Of a stretch of 52,986 bases of DNA, positions 41,658-52,986 are shown in pieces. Source of the stretch: Conidiobolus incongruus B7586 (Eukaryota). The DNA lies in the NCBI GenBank assembly GCA_000697335.1, contig JNEM01013703.1, positions 1-52,986 of the forward strand, given 5' to 3'. Position numbers and translations under genes: made by a program. The notes under the pieces were generated by a model, which was not told the DNA's origin, did no database searches, and saw only the letters and a list, made by a program, of their open reading frames with translations. The first letter of the stretch is position 1; the number at the start of each line of letters is the position of its first letter.

Positions 41658-43709
41658 TTTGATAGTTATTTAATTGAATATAATTAGATAATATTTTAGG
41701 TTGAATATTCAATTAATATTTGTATAAGAGATTAAATAATATTGATCTTAAAATAAAATAAAGAATTCAACTATTGGAATGATAAAGTATATATAGTTTC
41801 ACAAGTCGATAGGAGTAGGTAATACAAATCTTCCAATATTCGAAAAGATGTTTTTTCATTATCCAAATGAGTGGATTGATGAAATTTAAGGTGTCCTAAA
41901 TTTGGTAATCAATTTGAAAACGTTAGCCAAAATAAAGCTCAACCAATTTCACATAATCGATTAAATTACAATTAGATAAACATCAATTAAATCATATAAA
42001 CTAGCTATCATTTCAAGAATTGATAAGTTTATATGATACACTCATCGCATATATACTAATTAGTTCAAATACTGGACAACGTTATCTTTAGTCCATATAA
42101 TAATTATAAAATAAAGGTGATTATTATATTATTAATTTTAGCCAAATTTATGTAACAGAATCATGATGTTGAACATTGGATAATATTGATACTAACAGCA
42201 AATTATTACCCATTAGATTTTGCAATTCAGATAATCAGATATACAGCATAAAGGAATATTTTTATAAAATGAAGGTCTAGGATTTGTTGATAAGACCCTA
42301 TCGATATATTGATTTCCCAGCCATGTGTAACTTGTGACAATCCAGGTAGGCCATATCTAACATATCAATCCGAATTTAGTATTCTTCAGATATTGTTAAG
42401 ATAACATATGATATTATTTTTTGTTGATGTTATTTAATCCATGATGAATAGATTCAAGAGTGATAAAATTGATTATGAAACCTTGAGAAATACTAATTAG
42501 AAATTCTTTTGTTCCATAAAATGAGATCATAACCCATTAAATTATTGATTATACAAATAGCTTACTTCTAATAGCACATAAATGAATATATTAAGAATCA
42601 TATAAATAAATAAAAACATTCATTTCATAAGAAACACCACATGATAATATAGAGATCCAAATCAATCTTAAATACGGGTATTAACCATAATTAAAACATA
42701 CATTTTCGACAGAATCTATATTTCAAATCATTTTGTGATATATAACAATAATTCATAATTTTAATGATACAAACGTCTAGAATATTTAATAATTATTCAT
42801 AATATATTACTCTTTAAAATTAATGGTGTATTTAAATAAGCAACAGTATGATCTAAATAATTCAAGTTTAAATCAACACGACTAATTAAACAAACAATTT
42901 GCGAATTGAATAAAATTATAGAATGGTTATTTATATGTAAAACATATAATGGATATATTGTGATTTTAAAATATCAGCTTAATAATTTATAGAATCAATC
43001 AAATTTATCAGATATTGACATTTATTCTGTTAAATTCCTTTCTTTATTAGTATAATACCTATGTTCAATATAACATGATTTTAATGATTTGATCTGGATA
43101 AGCCTTTTTTATTCTTTATTATTCTAATTTTGATTATTTCACAATTAAAATAAATTTTAACTTATTAAAATTGCATACTATATTTTTATAAATATAATCA
43201 ATAATACAATTATAATAAATATTAGTGGTATAATTTATTGAGTATATTACCAAAATTGTCTAATGGTAAATTAGATAAAAAATAACAAAATATTATAAAA
43301 TAATATCAACTTATATAATATATCATATTAATAGATTTATATAATATTCTTTATAAACAGAATATTTTGAAACACAAAATCGATAAATGTTAACCCAAAA
43401 TATATTAAAATTTGATCGAGTAATATAAATAAAATTTTTTAAAATTATTTCAAAATATACATCTAATAAATATCTTGATTTCGTATTATTGAATCATTAT
43501 TTAATATATATTTTCAAATTTGATTTTTATTTCTATATTTTTTCTAATAATTCCAAATATGTTTCATCAACATAATTTTGATATTTTTACATTTATAAAA
43601 AATTGAAAACAACATTAATCCCACAATTGTTATAGGTTGAGAAATAAGTTAAAAATATAATGGAGGTCAAGTCATTATTTGAAATTGATCAACTTAATTA
43701 TAAATTAAA

Positions 43710-44671
43710 ATGAATAAATTTTCTAAAAATATTAAATTGAATCAAATATTTAAGTTTAAAACAACATCCAATTCAAGGAATTTTTCAAGTATTCATGAGA
43801 ATTTATTAAGCAACAAAACCGATCCTTATTTTAAATACAAAGTAAGCTTCTTAGCTCTAATGCCTATTTGTTCTTTGTATTTGGGAATTTGGCAAATTAA
43901 AAGATTGAAGTGGAAGGAAGATTTAATTGAAAAAATGCAACAAAAAATTTCCCAAGATCCTATGCTTCTACCCACTCATTTTACCTCTGAACTCTATGAT
44001 GAATTAGAATTCCGCCCAGTCATCCTTAGAGGAAAGTATTTGTGTGATAAGGATATTTTGGTTGGACTCAGAAATCATGAAGGCAAGTCTGGATACGTTG
44101 TGTATACTCCATTTCAAAGAGAAGATGTCGATCAGATCATTCTTGTTCGTAGGGGGTGGATTGAAAAGAGTATGAAAGATCATGTCAAACCTAACAATGA
44201 TACTGTTACGATCAAAGCACAAATTAGAAAGGGAGAAAAGCCTAATTCCTATACCCCTCCTAATAATCCTCAAGCTGGTCAATGGTTTTATGTTGATATT
44301 GAACAAATGGCTGAATTTGCTGGAACTGCTCCCATCTTAGTTGATGCTATAGCTGGTAATTTTTAATTCTTTCTTACTTCAATTAATCTCTAAATATCTT
44401 TTTCAAACTTTAGAACACTCTCCCAGTTTAAATAATCGCTTAATTCTTCAGGGTGTCCCAATTGGAAGAAGTGATGAAGTCAGCTTTTATAATCACCATG
44501 CTCAATATGCTTTCACTTGGTAAATCGTTCATTTATTCCCATGATCATAATATTAATAATACATTCAATAGGCTTTCATTAAGTGTAGTCACTTCAGTGA
44601 TGTTATATCAATTTGTTAAGAAAAAGCCCAATTTGCCAGACTTCAAAAAAGCTAGAAACATTAAATTTTGA
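43710..44671 (+). CDS. SHY1: SURF1/Shy1 cytochrome c oxidase assembly factor, ~283 aa, 3 exons
   Basis: LGIWQIKRLKWKEDLI, LEFRPV.L.G, GYVVYTPF, ILVRRGWI, NHHAQYAFTWLSLS. Exons 43710-44355, 44414-44519, 44572-44671. Confidence 0.94.
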
Positions 44672-44855
44672 TCTAAAATTATTTATTATAAAAATATTTA
44701 AAATAAACCCTCAATATTATACTGTTATTTTTTTATAATATTAATTTAATCAATTTAATCACATATATATCCCATAATATATTCAGGATTGAAAATGTAT
44801 ATAAATTTATTCAGATCTGACTTTGGTATTTATTATTTGTTATTTCATTTAATAA

Positions 44856-46517
44856 ATGGACCAATTTCCATTATTACTGCCTAATAATCAAAATCATACT
44901 CATTTTTCTGGCTATATCACTATTAATGTATGTTTTAGATATCAGTACTTTGCAGTAATTTAATAATATATTTAGGGGAATGAATACTTTATTGATATCC
45001 GAGATGTTGATTGGAAAGGGAATGATTTGAGTCAAATTAAAATTTTTTGTGAACTAGAGTTAGAAAATTTATTAAAACCATATAAATCTGAATTATATAA
45101 AGTTTACATTACTATACTTGAATTTATTTATACAATATTAATCATTTTATGATTTAGAGATTACATTGGTTTAAAGATTTACAATCATTTTTGATATATT
45201 TAAAAAATACTATAGTATAAATCAAGCCAATTTTTATTTTGAATAATTATTAATATTAGTTCTATAGGAAGAACATTCAGCTGATCGTCCTAATCGTTTG
45301 AATTTGAAATGGTTTAAAGATGATGTATTTGAGAACATTATCTTTGAATTAAAACAAATGAAATCGAATACTGTTCAATCTATCAATGATCAGTTTACAC
45401 ATTATCAATTTAAAGTCAAGTAATTACATAACATTCAATATGTAATTTAAATTTTTAATATATATATATATATATATATATTTAGAGATAGCTTCAATAG
45501 AGAGCACCAAGTTATATTACAAATAGATTATGATTATCCAAATTCATCACCGATCATTGAACTGCAATTACCGAATAACCCTAGTTATCGTCTACCTAAA
45601 TCTCTTTTTAATATGCTTTCTAATTCTGAAAAATCTATCACTAACTATCTTAACATTTGTATTAAGGTAAGAAAAAGTTGATTTTATTAACTATTGTTAA
45701 GTTTATCAAATATCATAGGAATTAGATAAATATAATAGTTTTTGGAATGTCATTGAAGATATTGATAAAAACACTCTAGTTGTTGATCCAAATCCTATTC
45801 AGCGACACCATACAAAGCTTAGGATATCCTTAAGTAAATTAGCTCTTTTGTTTAAATTATTAATATTCATTAATTAATATTTTGTTTTTTTAGAAAATAT
45901 GTGCTACATAGAATTAGATATTAATCCTAATATACCTCAATCCATTCCACATTATAGATTATTTGGTTCAGAGAATAAATTAAAACATATCAAAGATATT
46001 ATTTTAAAAAATATTAATGAATGGTGAATTAACTTATAAATATTATGCTACTCAGTAATCATAATGAATATATTTTAGGGACTCTATTGAACTACCTTCT
46101 TATAATTTCCAAAACAATTGGAAATTATACATGATATTCAAATCCTGTGATAATGATAAAGACAGAAATGATTCTAGTATGTTACAATCTGAATGCTGCT
46201 GTATTTGTTATGAATACAAATCATATCAAACAAATCAAGCCACCATTCCTACATTTAGTTGCGATAATGGTCAATGTACTGCAATTTATCACCATTCCTG
46301 TTTAATTGAGGTATATAAATACAATTATTTCATTTGATCATATGCAAGTATTAAGATTTTATTATAGTGGATAAAGTCTTTGCCAACTTCTAGAAAAAGC
46401 TTTAAAAGATGGTTTGGGCAATGCTGTATATGCCAACATGTAAGTTACAAATATTATAATTCAAAAATTCAAATTATTTATCTTATATTTTAGGAAGTAT
46501 CTATCACAGAATTATAA
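44856..46517 (+). CDS. FANCL: FANCL-like E3 ubiquitin ligase (ELF-DRWD-RING), ~386 aa, 10 exons
   Basis: Exons 44856-44927, 44976-45101, 45158-45214, 45268-45419, 45486-45666, 45719-45833, 45894-46023, 46079-46310, 46368-46439 and 46494-46517 join into one open frame (1161 nt). Motifs FPLLLP..FSGYIT, DSFNREH, FWNVIEDIDKNTLVVDP and RING CCICYEY..IPTFSCDNGQC.AIYHHSCLIEWIKSLPTSRKSF..WFGQCCIC match FANCL. Confidence 0.88.
45457..45481. repeat. (TA)n microsatellite inside FANCL intron 4
   Basis: About 12 TA units immediately before the TTTAG acceptor at 45485. Confidence 0.9.
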
Positions 46518-46854
46518 TATGTTATTGTTATTTTATCAAAATATATAATGAAATTAAAATAATCAAAACAATTAATTAAAATCACAAATATTAGATTATT
46601 ATCAAACTAGTTAGAAAAACCAGATTGATTGAAAAATAAAAGCATTGAATTATATTTTATTATATCATCCAAAATAATAATAATATTGATCAAAAATATC
46701 ATTCAATATATTATATAATATCATTTATAATAAAATATACAATGATCAGGTAATATAGATCCAAATGAATGGTAAAATATATTAAAAATATTATTGTAAA
46801 AAGAATATATTGAATTCAATTTACAAAGTTCTAATGCTGGTATTTTGAATTGAC

Positions 46855-47868
46855 TCAAAGCAGCTTGTCGCCTTCTTCGACATTACGGAAGTCAAGTACA
46901 ATCACTTCACCAGCATTATCTGTTTCTTCTTGTACAAGTTGAGTGAGTGCTTTGAGATTTCCAGGGTTGAAAAGTGTAACCTACAAATCTCTGTCAAATT
47001 CTACACAAATACTCAGACTAAAATAAAAATTACCATTTCAACGGGCTTGCTCATTTTGCATTCTTCAATCGAGCTGATCAAAGTCTTTAGCTTGGGTTCG
47101 ATAGATTTATAGTTGCTGCTGGGAATGAGGATTCTAGCTCGGATTTGGGCTCTTGTAATTGGTAAAATCTCACTCGATTGAAGAAGCTTGATACCTTCTA
47201 AAGCCTTTAGAAATTGTTAATTAATGAATAAATCCTAAGATGAATATATTACCTGCTGCTTAGCGTTTTTATTAGGATTCACATTGAAGTGTACTTCTTG
47301 CAAAGCTTTTTCAATAAGAGTTATAGGATAAGGTCTATTGTTACGGGGATTGATAGTCATGTCTGAGATGTGATTAATAATATCCTTGAGTAAGTTAGTG
47401 CTCTGGTGTTGGCGCTCCTTCTCACCCTTTTGCAATTCCCCCTTCTTCAAAATCTATAAACTGTCAGTTTTGAAATTTGATAATTGCAAAGAGTAGCTTA
47501 CCTCCTTGATAACTTTCATTTTATCATCAGTATTAAAACACTTTTTGATATCTTCTTTTTTAGAGACCTCGCCCTTGGATACATTAGTAAATATTTCTTC
47601 TATTTGCAATACTTCGTCCAGATCAGTTTCACTATATTAACTCTTATTAACTTATCAATATAAACCAATACAAGTTAATATTACACATTATTACGCCATT
47701 CCATCACTTTGTTGTTATAACAAGCTAATTCAAATCGTTTACCACCTTTTTTAAGGCGCACAACGGATACATTAGTTAATCTATTGATGATATAATTTAA
47801 TATTAAAGCTTTTAAATGAATAAATTTATATATTACTTGATTTGATTAGAAGGTTGAAATAAAGACAT
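46855..47868 (-). CDS. SDO1: Ribosome maturation protein Sdo1/SBDS, ~251 aa, 6 exons
   Basis: [78 protein letters not shown]. Exons 47868-47837, 47780-47685, 47631-47502, 47453-47253, 47204-47034, 46980-46855. Confidence 0.95.
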
Positions 47869-48543
47869 GATTAAATAAAATATTTATTTATAAAATTTTT
47901 TAAATTAATTGAGGGTTATATAAACTATATTTATATTAAATTTAATATGATCCATCTTGATATAATGTTTAAATGAGAATAATGATTATGGTTTTGATGA
48001 CAGGGTCAATTCCTAAATTAGTATAATTGATTAATAATATTTTATTTTAAATGAGATTTAGAAATTAACAAAATATTAATATTTCAGAAATTTATATAAT
48101 ATATTTACGTTTCTAATCTATATTAAAATAGGATTAATTTTTATATACTAAGATTCTATTAAATAAATCTAATGATACTATTAAATTTTGATTTAGTTAA
48201 AAATAATAGAAAAATTGAATTAGTATCATTTTTCTTGGCTTTCGACTATATTTTAATATCGATCAAGAACATTACTCTGAAAAACAGCTTCAAACTCACT
48301 CAATCATAACTACTCTTAGTAGAGAGCTAGATTTAATGACTGATTTAACTTTAATATTGATTGCTCAATAACCAGGTTTACCCAAAATAAATGCATTATG
48401 ATTATTTATCAAAGATCCCAATTTGTTTAATGAAAACACTGATTTATATATGTATTATGATAACTAGATAATTAATTTTATAATTATATTTAATCTAAAA
48501 ATATATTTTATAATTTGGTATAATTTTGATTGTTTGGTTTTTA

Positions 48544-48545
<2 letters not shown>

Positions 48546-48574
<29 letters not shown>
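48546..48574. repeat. (AT)n microsatellite
   Basis: About 14 AT units in the SDO1-ALG5 divergent intergenic region. Confidence 0.9.
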
Positions 48575-48583
<9 letters not shown>

Positions 48584-49710
48584 ATTGATAAAATTTATTT
48601 GAAATGTTTTGATAGTTAAAGAATAGTGATATTTATATGGAATTATTATTATAAAGTATTACAACATAATGGACAAGATGCCTATTTGAATTGAATATAA
48701 TTGGATCAATATTTTGTTTAATTTGAAAAATTAAGCGGTAATTAATTACCACTTTTGATCTAGTATATGTTTGAAATATTCATATTTGATTGAATATAAT
48801 ATAAATATGTGAGATTCTACTTGGATGATCTTTGTTTACAATTCAAATTTTATGAGTAATATATTTAGATGTTTAAATATAATAAAAGGATATTTCATTT
48901 AACAATTTTGAAATTAACAAACTAATGATTTATCTGATGAATAATTAATTAACAGGGCAACTTACCTATTGATCAAATAAATTTAATTAGAAAGACCCAA
49001 ATATCCCTTCAGTGTATTATTAGACTCAATAAATGTATAATTATTTTAATGACAAATATAAATACTGATTTCGATTTTCTAAGGTTTGATAAAATTTAAT
49101 TTAATAGAACGTTGATAAATTTTAAATTGGATGTTATTGTTTTGTTTTAATTTTTATTGTCCGCTTTTATATTTCATCAATTTCAAATTTCAATCCATTA
49201 TAACACCATTCAAAATTTAAAAAAAAGATCTACAGCTGGTTTACAGTTTGAAATTTTGTTCATGATAAATTATTGTCACCAACGTAGAATATCATGTGTA
49301 TGAATTATGTAATATATCAACTGAAATACATTTGATTGTTTGTAACTTTCAACAAGATCAAATATTTTCCAAGTTGAACATGTGTTGTTGTTATGATGTT
49401 CATGTGATTAAAAAGGAAAAGGCTTAAATTAAATGATTTGGGATGATATAATTGGTCTACTATGTTTCATAAAATGTTAGTGAGAGGGTTAAATTACTTA
49501 GATTTAATTTAGATGAGGTTGGAGTATATAAGTAAGTTGAGTCACAATGGAATTCGGAATTTAATCCTACTAACTCATGTTCAACTAAATATATATATAT
49601 ATATCGATTTTTGATCCATTGACATACTATAAATTACATAAGTACTATATAATCTTCTCCTAATCTAACAACTCATTCATAATCGATATATAATTGCAAT
49701 CAATTAGAAA

Positions 49711-50864
49711 ATGCTCACTACATTTATTAATTTAATTACTGGCTTTGGTTTAACTAGTCTAATATTTGTATCACTGGTAGGTATGATTCCTATATAAAAT
49801 AATTGTACTTACTTATTTACTCTTTTTGCTATTTTTGTTTATCCTATTCAGGCACTTTTATATCGTGGTCATCACACTAAGCCCCGTCAACCTACAAAAA
49901 GGGAAAGATATTACTATACATCAGATTCAGATCTTTTTAACGAGGAAAAGAGTATTGGAAGTATTAAAAACCCTTGTGAACTTACTCTTACCGTCGTTGT
50001 ACCAGCTTATAATGAAACTGAGCGTTTGCCAGTAATGATAGAGGATGCAGCTGAGTATCTTAAAGAGCAGCAGCAAAAAGATCCTGATTTTAAATATGAG
50101 ATTATTATTGTTGATGATGGATCTAAAGATAATACTTCGGAGACTGCTCTTATTTCAGCGTCTGAGCATAATATTGAAGAACACCTAAAAGTGATTAAAT
50201 TAGAGTTTAATAGAGGAAAAGGGGGTGCTGTAACCCAAGTAAGTAGATTATTACTAATTAGAGATATATACTTATACAATATAGGGCACTTTGGCTGCTC
50301 GTGGAAAATATATTTTATTTGCTGATGCGGATGGAGCTACTAAATTTTCAGATATTGAGCATTTAATTAAAAAAATGGATCAGGTGATTGACCAAGGCTA
50401 TGGTGTGGTTATTGGATCTAGAGCACATTTGGTCGGAACAAATGCCGTTGTTAAGGTATTAATATATTTCAAATTATATATATGTAATATTTATTTGTTT
50501 ATAGAGAACTGCTTTGAGAAGCTTTTTAATGTATGGTTTTCATACGTATCTCCATCTACTTGGCATTCGAGGTATTAGGGATACTCAATGTGGTTTCAAG
50601 TTATTTTCCAGAAAATCTGCATATATAATCTTTTCCAATCTACGCACGGAAAGATGGATTTTTGATATTGAAGCACTACTACTCGCAAAGTTATTTAGAA
50701 TGCCTATTGCCGAAGTAAATGTGAATTGGCATGAAGTGGCAGGTTCCAAAATCAACATCATCAAAGATGCAATCAAAATGGCTTTAGACTTATTAATGAT
50801 TCGACTCTGCTATTCTGTTGGAGTATGGAAAGTTACTAACCCTTATCAAACTAAAACTAAATAA
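49711..50864 (+). CDS. ALG5: Dolichyl-phosphate beta-glucosyltransferase (GT2), ~327 aa, 4 exons
   Basis: N-terminal hydrophobic segment; LTVVVPAYNETERL, EIIIVDDGSKD, NRGKGGAV, ILFADADGAT, DTQCGFKLFSR, WIFDIE. Exons 49711-49776, 49852-50238, 50285-50455, 50505-50864. Confidence 0.95.
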
Positions 50865-52986
50865 CTTTTGATTTAATTTATTTTTTTCTATTTATACATT
50901 TTCTAATTCAATAATAAGCATTGGTATATAGATTTTTCAATATATTCTGGAAAATATTTATTAACTTCTAATTAATATTTATGTCTATTTATTACTTAAG
51001 AATATGCTCAATGCAAATAAAATTAATTTATTTTCGCCAATCCTCAATAATTTATGAACTTGAACAAAAATAAATTACATTTAAGTTTAGTATATTTTTA
51101 ATATATTATACTTTATATTAATTTTAAATAACTTATCACTTGACTTTATTATAATACTAAAATCACCGAATACACAGAGAAGTAAACCTGTATATTCCAT
51201 TAAACATGTTTTATAATATTAATTAAAATAAGATTTCAATTTTATGCATTATATGTGGAAATATATGAACTGGATAATCAAAATGTGAGATATCAGAATA
51301 CCTGAATTTGATTAAAATATCATTTTCATTATATCAAAATTAAATTCAGTTATTCATAAATAAATATTATACAATAGTTTCATTATGAGAACTTATTTAA
51401 TTTCAAAATTTTATTAAAAATTCAATAACTTTTTTGATATTTTCAAATTTTAGTTGATTAAATAAAGTAATTAAATTAGATTATATATATCTTGTTTATT
51501 TAACTTATGTAAGATTATGACTCTTAAGCTTTAAAAACATCTCATAAAGCTTGCTCAGGAATATAATAAAAATAAGATACTGATTATTAACAAATTTCAC
51601 TATAAATGATGGAATTTAAGTATCAAATATAATGGCTATATATTCAAATGGATTTTATTTAATTTAATAAAATCAATTATATCTTAATAATATAAAATTT
51701 CAAATCATAATAAAATATTTTGATACGCTTGGATACATTTGGAATATTGCATTTAAAAACAGCGATATTACATTAAGTCAAAAGTAAGAAGTAACTGGTT
51801 ATTCAATCCTGAATATACTATGGCTTTAATTGCTTTGAGCAATTTTTTATGATTATTGTTCTGGCCGAGAATATATCAACGTATGTTAATCTACTATATA
51901 CTAAATAGCATGAAGTTAGCAAAGATGCTCTTTTTAATATTAACAACTTCAATAAGTAAAAATTACTATAACAAGTTTATTATGTATCAAATTTGCTTTG
52001 TATAAATTTTAACTGAATAATCTAGATATAACCATTTCAATGTTGAATTTTATCAATATATTTTTATTAGAGCTTAAATTTTTATCAATAAACGTATAAT
52101 ATATACAATACATTTGTATCAAATATTCAGAGTTATTATTTCATTAATTTATAATATCAAAATATTAATATATATTAAAAACCTAACAATATTTTACACT
52201 GATTAATATGAAATGACAGTTAATCATACTATTATATATTTAAATAATTAATTTTTTGTTATTTAATTTACTATATTGATACAAAAATACTTCGTAACCT
52301 GATGTCATTATTATTATTTACAATCTCTAAGTTTTAATAAATAACAATTAAAAGTTTATTTTCGCAAAATGTAGCTTAATATTATGGTGGTATATGTATG
52401 CACATACTGTATTTTATATTAATTCAATTTAATGAATAAGTGCCATAGTAATATATAGATTACCTAAATAATTCTATGCTCAATATAAGCATATTACACA
52501 ATCCAAATTTGGTTGGTATTATAATATTCAAAAAAAATATTAATGAAAATTAATTGAATAGTAAAATAGTCAACAAGTTGTATATTTCAGAGTGAAAATT
52601 TTTGTCTTTCAAAATATGACATCAAATAATTGATAATAAATTTCAAATAACCGAAATTAAAAATCTCATAAACTTGATTAACACCATAACATTTAATATT
52701 AAGTATTTTTCTATACATGGATAATGGATTATATTTTGAAAAGTTTCTTTGAAGTTATTTGGCTTTATATTACCATAGAATTGAAGAAATGGGAAATTTT
52801 TTAATTTCTGATTTTTCAAACATATTATTAGTTTCAAATAAGCAAATATATACAAAACAAATAGGAAAATAAATAGTTTTGAATTATATATATATATATA
52901 TATATAATAATTTTTTTGATTAAAAAATGAATTTTTTAAAATTAGTTGTTTAATTTAATCATGCTTAAACCAAATAGTGACCATCA

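Noticed and set aside
42270..42360. Locally GC-richer patch upstream of NDH-2 B as an ncRNA or exon
   Set aside because: No tRNA, snRNA or snoRNA signature, no convincing hairpin, and only short stop-bounded frames.
43710..47868. Adjacent SURF1, FANCL and SBDS (all human disease-gene orthologues) as a functional cluster
   Set aside because: The pathways are unrelated (COX assembly, crosslink repair, 60S maturation) and no shared regulatory motif is visible; ordinary gene neighbourhood.
52643..52855. 70-aa minus-strand ORF at the window end
   Set aside because: No ATG start and no recognisable motif; it could be an exon of a gene beyond the window, but this is unsupported.
1..52986. tRNA/rRNA genes, CRISPR arrays, telomeric repeats, U12-type or non-canonical introns, alternative genetic code
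   Set aside because: None seen. All modelled introns are GT-AG without the U12 donor consensus, and all genes translate cleanly with the standard code.

Overview
Eukaryotic, very AT-rich genomic DNA with short (mostly about 45-100 nt) GT-AG introns. Gene content and sequence style point to an early-diverging fungus (Zoopagomycota/Mucoromycota-like; inference only). I assembled 13 protein-coding genes by hand: phospholipase D1, an F-BAR/SH3 protein (Cdc15/Hof1-like), proteasome alpha-6 (PRE5), a possible Sds3-like coiled-coil protein, a ~2070-aa ASPM/Asp orthologue, VTS1, a divergent Cdh1/Cdc20-family APC/C activator, two tandem type-II NADH dehydrogenases, SHY1/SURF1, a 10-exon FANCL almost invisible in the ORF track, SDO1/SBDS and ALG5. 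I saw no tRNA, rRNA, CRISPR array or intact mobile element, and no convincing novel multi-gene system. The best leads are single-gene observations: an animal-like ASPM (ASH + 2 CH + ~40 IQ repeats with 23/27-aa spacing), a fungal FANCL, an APC/C activator whose KEN-box receptor residues appear lost, and NDH-2 paralogues that differ in predicted membrane topology and intron content. Extreme-AT blocks may be heavily decayed retroelements. All exon boundaries are manual predictions without transcript support.
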